A stretch of 64,000 bases of DNA from Massalongia carnosa (taxonomy: Eukaryota): positions 124,001 through 188,000 of the forward strand of contig OZ287085.1 of the NCBI GenBank assembly GCA_965645245.1, written 5' to 3'. Every line of letters begins with the position of its first letter. Position 1 is the first letter of the stretch. The translations under genes were made by a program, and so were the position numbers. The notes below the pieces were generated by a model. The model was not told the origin of the DNA and ran no database searches. It saw only the letters and a program-made list of their open reading frames with translations. Of this stretch, positions 57,989 through 64,000 are shown piece by piece.

Positions 57989-58500
57989 TGTTGAAATAGA
58001 TATATGACTATGGCTATATAGCTATGTAATAATAAAGGCATATATAACCGTGATGTTAAGGATGAAGAGTTGCTAGGCAGCAATCTTTTCCTATTACTGG
58101 TCACCCCCTTCTAAGCGAGGTGATCTTATCTTATCTTGGGACTAAGCCTAATGCGGCATCTACGGTTTCCGTAGATGATCTGTCAATCTAGGACATGTGA
58201 CGAGAAGGACTCAATGAGATAAGATCAGGTGGTACGAAGTCTTTGCTATATGTAGGCTATCGGATATTTACAAGACGTTCGACAAGGAAGAAAGAAAATC
58301 TCAACAGCGAAAGCAAAGATATAATCTTTCCGTTGATCTCGCTAACCATGCTGAGCCTAGCCCTCGCTTATCACTCAAGCCTTAGCGCCGTGACTCGATT
58401 CGGGTGCTAGCGAGGCAGTTCCGTGACAGGACAGCCGTAGGTGCTATGTTCATCGTACTGATATGTGTTCATTGTGCTAGTAGGAATTGGATATTCAACA
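57989..58500. mobile_element. Solo LTR, inverted sister of 52092-57734, carrying a nested solo LTR
   Basis: TGTTGAAATAG...GGATATTCAACA; GATCG TSD (57984-57988 / 58501-58505). Confidence 0.9.
58196..58428. mobile_element. Solo LTR (233 bp)
   Basis: TGTGACG...CCGTGACA; GGACA TSD (58191-58195 / 58429-58433). Confidence 0.9.
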
Positions 58501-58652
58501 GATCGAAAACAATTTCAAAAATTTATTTCAAAAGAATTGAAATACATTGGAATCGAAGATCTACTAATCAATTCAAAAATAATTCATTTATCAAAAACAA
58601 ATTCATTATGATTCGGAGTTTATTCGACGTTATATCGCGAAATTATCGTTCC

Positions 58653-59210
58653 AGTTAAAAGGAGACTCTGGTTGCAGGTAGTCGTATTTACTATATAGCT
58701 ATCTAAAAGGAAAAGAGCAGACTATTTACCAAAGGGCAAAGCAAGCTAAACCTAAAACCTTCTTAGTGTCATGGAGTGACTGGGAACCTGCCAGTTAGTT
58801 CATTGGATCAACTTTAGCTGCTTGAACGAAGCACTAGCCGGTTAGCCGATCCGAAAGGAACTAAGCTTAATCCGGTTCAGTCAGGGCAAAGGTAAGTGTT
58901 CCGACTATCAATAGTGTCATGGCGATAGTTTCATGCTAGGGACTTGGGGAAATTGGATCAACGGCTGGATTGGGACTAGTTCCGTTCGCCAGAGTCTTAT
59001 ACTCGCCCACTTTGGATTTTCTGTTTCTTTTCTCCTTGTCGAACGTCTTGTCCACCTAGCTAGACAATCAAGTAACACGTTTGCACCACCTGAATTCCTA
59101 CCTAACCTCGCACCGTGACACTTAGAGAAGATTAGACTACCCGCTATCCACGTTATGAGGCAGTGAGCCCAACAAGTCATTATAACCATAATCGCAACCG
59201 CCATTCAATA
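58653..59210 (-). mobile_element. Solo LTR of the Copia family, split by a Gypsy E solo LTR
   Basis: Reverse complement of the 191-bp Copia LTR with transition mutations; flanks GTTCC/GTTTC. Confidence 0.92.
58767..59120 (+). mobile_element. Solo LTR of the Gypsy E family
   Basis: Reverse complement of 24982-25336; CTTAG TSD (58762-58766 / 59121-59125). Confidence 0.95.
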
Positions 59211-59280
59211 GTTTCGACAACGACTTGACATAAATAAATGCAAGCAATTAGAGTATAATAAATAAAAATTTGAAATAACT

Positions 59281-60026
59281 TGTTATGATCTATCTAGAGA
59301 CTTATCATAGGCTACGCCGCACAACGAGTTAGGTTTTCGCCACAAAATTGCTTTTTCGCCACCGGTTTTTTCTTTGTAAACTCAACCCGGATACCAAAAA
59401 TCATAAGGTTCGCCACAAACGGGTTGGGTTTTCAGTAGAGAAACCCGACCCGTTGTGCGGCGTAGTCATAGGGACGCTAGAGGCGGATACAATAAAGATG
59501 AAGAAGGAAAAAGACAACTGTCAGGATAGCTTTCTACAAGACAGGAAGCGGTCGCAAACTTCTGCAGGGGGTGCGCGGGAAGACACCCATACGATAGTCT
59601 CAACTGGTCTAATCATGTAATAGTACTTAGTTTGACGAACGTGGCCTGATCAAGGTGGGGCTATAGGATAAAGAGCCCTTCGCCCACCTCTTTCGAGGGC
59701 CACTGATCAATCTATTGATTACACTCTATCTACTGCTATTCCATAGCGACTCCTATTCTATTGTCCTACTACTACTGTAGAGCCATATAGTCACACTGTT
59801 CGTACTTCGCCTCACAAAAAATGAACACGTGAACCTGCCTCTATATATCCACCATTGCGCTAGTACCCTTGTGGTATAGTCGCGATAAAATCTTCTCGTG
59901 ACTGCAAGAACAAAATCGAAGATGTGGGAACGAAATCGAAAGTTCTTGCGCATTTCATCTGCGGTTTGCTATAGGCTGTGCCGATTTTATCCGAGTACCG
60001 AGATTTTGCCGAGTAGAATCGTGACG
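59281..60026 (-). mobile_element. Solo LTR related to 51658-51887, interrupted by a MITE and another LTR-like insert (~59519-59816)
   Basis: Blocks TCATAGGGACGCTAG, TAAAGATGAAGAAG, CTATATATCC, TGGTATAGTCG and GCCGAGTAGAATCGT are colinear with the reverse complement of 51658-51887. Confidence 0.75.
59312..59465. mobile_element. MITE (~154 bp)
   Basis: TIR CTACGCCGCACAACG / CGTTGTGCGGCGTAG flanked by TCATAGG on both sides. Confidence 0.85.
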
Positions 60027-60244
60027 TGACTCGTGATGCGCATATCAGAGTCGCGTAATCGAATTCTTCATAACACAATCAATTTCACTAGACAAAAAAC
60101 GACTCAAAATACACACGTAATTAAAAAACAAAAACACTTTTATAAACACAAATTCAAATTGACAAAATCCGGTTAATTTAATTTTTTTTACAAGGGACGA
60201 ATATTTTTTGTCATTTCATCGATCTGCTCATTTGATTGTCACAC

Positions 60245-63200
60245 TGTCACGATTCTACACGGCACGACTTCGATTTCGCCTAGGGCAATTGTTTGTGTGT
60301 AAAACGGATGTTTGATTGAACTGAACTGAGCTCGTCTATATACTGCTACGCTAGCTCTAAACGAGTCATGACGACCGGTGACGAAAGCGCAATGCTTCAT
60401 TTGCTTGATAAGCTACTAAGTTAATGCTTGTTGGAATACTCGCTTAGCCCCATTAGTTCTAGCTCAGCCCTGCAGGCTGCCATGACTGCTATGTATAAAC
60501 AGTCACCTCCGTAGTAATTTCAACATTATGCCGTCAACTGTTTATTTAACAGGTTATGAGTCCCGGGTTTGCGCTTTGCGCCCCTCCGACGGCATCCTTC
60601 ATGCATAGACTACGTACTATCATGTCGTATCAAGAAGATGATGAGGTGAAAGTTCAGACGTGGAAAGCGTGAAAACGAAGCGGAAACGACATCGAAAGGG
60701 ATGAGAAACGAAGCGGAAACGAAGCGGAAACGTCATCGAAAGTGGTGTACGTACGAAACGTGCTGAGGAGGACATCTACAACGGGCGGTGCCTCGAAGAC
60801 TTCACATCTTGCATTACTGGTCAGATCAGCAAGGGGAGATAAAAGCCCTGCGATCAGGCCACCAACGTCAATGGTCTGCGGGAGAATGTCTCACAGAGAC
60901 ATCGAGAAAAGCCCTGCTCAGGCCATCAATAAAACACGTCCATAGTACTCTTCCCATCCACCCATACACTCACAAAAGCTACGTTTCGAGAGATGGTTAT
61001 GGGTTTAATGAGGCTACAAAGCAGGACAACAAAAGACATAAGAAAGAACTACGTGCTTAGGGAAAATGGAGTCAGAGGGAGCTAGATTCGTTCCGCAAGG
61101 GGAGCGAATCGGACACAGCTGGATGAATCACTTCGCAAGGGGAGTGATAAAAGCTGGATAGTTTCAATTTTGGAGGCGAAAGGGGAGCCACGCTCGAAGG
61201 GGAGTGTTGGAATACTCGCTTAGCCCCATTAGTTCTAGCTCAGCCCTGCAGGCTGCCATGACTGCTATGTATAAGCAGTCACCTCCGTAGTAATTTCAAC
61301 ATTATGCCGTCAACTGTTTATTTAACAATGCTAACTGCGATATCTCCTAATCGCTTTATCTCCGTGTGTACCTCAACGAGTGCCCCCCTTTGAAAAGATC
61401 GCCAGCGCCCTCGTTGGCCTAGTCGATATCATCGGGTGAATTATTGTTTATTGCTTTGAATGTTGGAATAGATGTGTGTTTTGCTAGGAATGTTGTCGGA
61501 GGCGTTGTGGTTTGAGCTGATGGCAGATTTTTACTTACTGCGGTCAGTTCAGCCGCTGTTGTGGGTGTACCTGTGCGTGCCATGTATGATGTTTTGGGCT
61601 TTATTAGAAGCCCTTTAGTTGCTACAACCCGCTGCTTTCTTTGTGTCTTTGATTGCTTTACCTCTGGATGAGTTGATTCGTATTCTTCTACCAGTGTTAA
61701 GCAGTCTCCTAAGGCTGCGATGCTTCTCCATTCATCGTACTCTGATCCGTACCCCAGCCATCGTACGAGGTATTGAGTTACTGTGGTCTTCCCATGTTTT
61801 CGGAGCCGTTTGGCTACCAACTTCTCCACTTCGTAGGATTTATTGTCAATTGTGTCGCCTAGCATCTCCACTGATTCTGGAGTGGGTCTATAACGATCAT
61901 ACGGGTCCTTTGTGGTGTCTGCAGGCTCAAGCTGGGCAATGGATACGACGGGATGTACCCTCCATTTAGGAGGTAGCTCCAGTTCGTACGCCAGGCGCCC
62001 TACCCTTTCCTTAATGAGAAAGGGTCCAGTTCGCTGATTGCTCATCTTCTTATTAGGTTTGCCCGGTAATTGATACCCATTGTGAAGGCGTAAATACGCA
62101 TAGTCCCATTCCTTCAATAACAAAGGCTTGTGTCTTGCATCGTAATAGATCTTGGCTTTTGCACTGGCAAAAGATGTGGCGTCTGCGGCCTCTTGTGCAT
62201 ACTCGAGTCATTTTTCGGCTATGTTTGGCTCTTTATCGGGAGCCAGTGTTGACAATATTTCTTTCACTTTGAATCCGTACCATTATTTCATTGGGAGATA
62301 GTCCTGTAGATGACGTGGGAGATTTTTTTAGACTTGCTTGTAAAGCTGGAAGCGCTTTCACTACATTTATATCGGGATTCTCGGTGATCAGGTATCGAAG
62401 CGCTATCTCCACGGTTTGATTTGTTCTTTCGGATTATCGTCCGTCTGTGGATGATATGCTGTACTTGTCAATAGACTGGTACCCAATCTTTTGAATAGGC
62501 CTTTCCAGAATTCTGAAAGAAATTTGGGGTCTCTATCCGAGATTATACCCTCTGGTATCCCCCAATCGGCTATCAACAGGCGCTCCAATACTAATTCGGC
62601 CCATTCGTCCGCGGAATGTGTTGATTTACCAGCGATAAGCGATTTTCTCCTGGTCGCTTTGTCTGAGATTGTGAGAACTACATCTAAGTCACCGGGGATT
62701 GCGAGTATGAAATCCATAGCAATTGTTCGGAATGGTATTGTTGAAGTAGAAATTGGCATCAATTCGCCGTATGGGGGATGTCTTTTGGTCTGATTTAGCT
62801 GACATGCAGGGCAGTGTTTAATGTAGAGATGAAGTTTGCGAGATAGTCTTGGCATGTAGATGCTCTCAACCAAACGGCGATAAGCTCTATGATGACCGGC
62901 GTGAAAGTTCTGATCGTGGGCCAGTTGAAATATTTCCTTTTCGCACTTTTGAGGAATGCACAGCCTGCTGCTGTTGCTGATGGCGTTACTGCCCTCGTTT
63001 TTGTGATATATGAGACCGTGTGCGAGCACGAAGTCCACGCCCGTTTTCACCGCATTATCAGCATCGGAATTGCTACTTTGTGTAGTTACTTCTTTCATCT
63101 TACGCTTCTCCAGACCCTCTAACATTCCCAATATTTTGCACCACAATTTGTCCTTGATATAACCCGTTGCGAGTTTTTTCTTGAACTCTGTGGATAGTGT

Positions 63201-64000
63201 TATCAAGGCTTGACTGTGGGCGTACACTCGATCGGATTCTGGGGATTCAACGGAGGTTTTATAGGATTCCAGATTAATTGTCTTTGGTGTGCTTCGGTTA
63301 GCGACGGGCAATCGGCTCAGTGCGTCTGTGACTATATGAGCTTTGCCGGGTTTATACCGTATGTGTAACCTGAACTGAGATAGATATGTGGATGCTTTGA
63401 CGAGATTGAGGTTGAGCTTGTCGATGCTACTTGTAGACAACTTGGTCTGTTTAGCAATTGCTGTATTTGCCGCATGATAGGTATAAATAGTAGTTGAATG
63501 TCTTGATCCTTGAATCATATGATGAATTCTCTTTACCATCCATACTAGCCCATTCATCTCTAACTCAGTGGGCCGGTATCCTGATTCGGCGGCCGAAAGA
63601 GTTTTGCTGAGAAACAGGATGGGGTCTACGTCTTGTCTTTTCGGAGGTAGTGCGGGTATTGATACTCCGTCATTAAATGATATACCATAACTCCTACTCC
63701 TTGCTTGGAGGTATCTACGTCGGCGTACAGTCTTCGTGTTGTTGAAAAATGTGTGAGCATGCTAGGATTGCTGAATGCTTCTTGTAATTGAGAGTAGGCG
63801 TCCAGCTCTGCATCGGATGGGTCTATGATAATGGTTCGAAGGCTATAGTTCTTCCTAGCTTTACCCTTTTTGGAAGGAGAGTCTCTAAGAAGCATGGTCT
63901 TCCGAATTTGCAACGGTTCCGCCTTTTGTGTGTAGTATGGTATATAATCGCGAAGCCATCCGGTGAATCCAAGATATCGCTCGAGATCTTTGAGCCTTTC
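60245..64000 (-). mobile_element. Degenerate Gypsy chromovirus D (RNase H-integrase-chromodomain + 3' LTR); runs off the window end
   Basis: ORFs 63626-63913, 62403-63557 (AHD..FHAG..C..C, SDRDPKF, YHPQTD) and 61419-62123 (GPF, HPVVSIAQLEP, chromodomain YEVEKLV..YLVRWLGYG). PPT AAAGGGGGG and putative LTR ~60245-61378 containing the TRIM. Confidence 0.88.
60429..61327 (+). mobile_element. TRIM (terminal-repeat retrotransposon in miniature), Copia-type PBS
   Basis: 123-bp LTRs 60429-60551 and 61205-61327, ATGCT TSD (60424-60428 / 61328-61332), PBS GGTTATGAGTCCC, PPT GAAGGGGAG, ~650-bp non-coding interior. Confidence 0.95.

Noticed and set aside
52092..58500. Long inverted repeat around the Copia suggesting a foldback element or large-TIR transposon
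   Set aside because: Each arm has its own TGTTGAA..TTCAACA-type ends and its own 5-bp TSD (ATTTT; GATCG), so these are two independent solo LTRs in opposite orientation.
11000..64000. Starship/Enterprise-type giant element carrying the Spok-like gene
   Set aside because: No tyrosine-recombinase captain or element boundary is recognisable in this window; cannot be excluded outside it.
1..64000. tRNA or rRNA genes
   Set aside because: No cloverleaf with A/B boxes and no rRNA-like sequence recognised by eye; a tRNAscan-SE/Infernal run would be needed to exclude them.

Overview
Fungal (filamentous ascomycete-type) genomic DNA with spliceosomal introns. The first ~11 kb is the edge of a secondary-metabolite gene cluster: the 3' end of an MBOAT-type acyltransferase, a BBE-like FAD oxidoreductase, a PTH11/SAT4-type membrane protein and two cytochrome P450s. 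The remaining ~53 kb is a deeply nested transposon block. It holds two Tc1/mariner elements, a MULE, a piggyBac, LINE remnants, three full-length chromodomain Ty3/Gypsy elements (two apparently intact), further Gypsy fragments, a Ty1/Copia element, a TRIM, a MITE and many solo LTRs, most with readable target-site duplications (TSDs). Two non-TE islands are embedded in the nest. (1) An intact 727-aa gene has the motif order of Podospora Spok spore-killer proteins (coiled coil, PD-(D/E)xK nuclease, Cys cluster, kinase-like) and lies head-to-head with a decayed C2H2 zinc-finger gene. (2) A small secreted, cationic 10-Cys protein overlaps the start of a second 96-aa acidic ORF, a candidate bicistronic toxin/partner unit. 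All calls come from reading motifs by eye; no database search or alignment was run.
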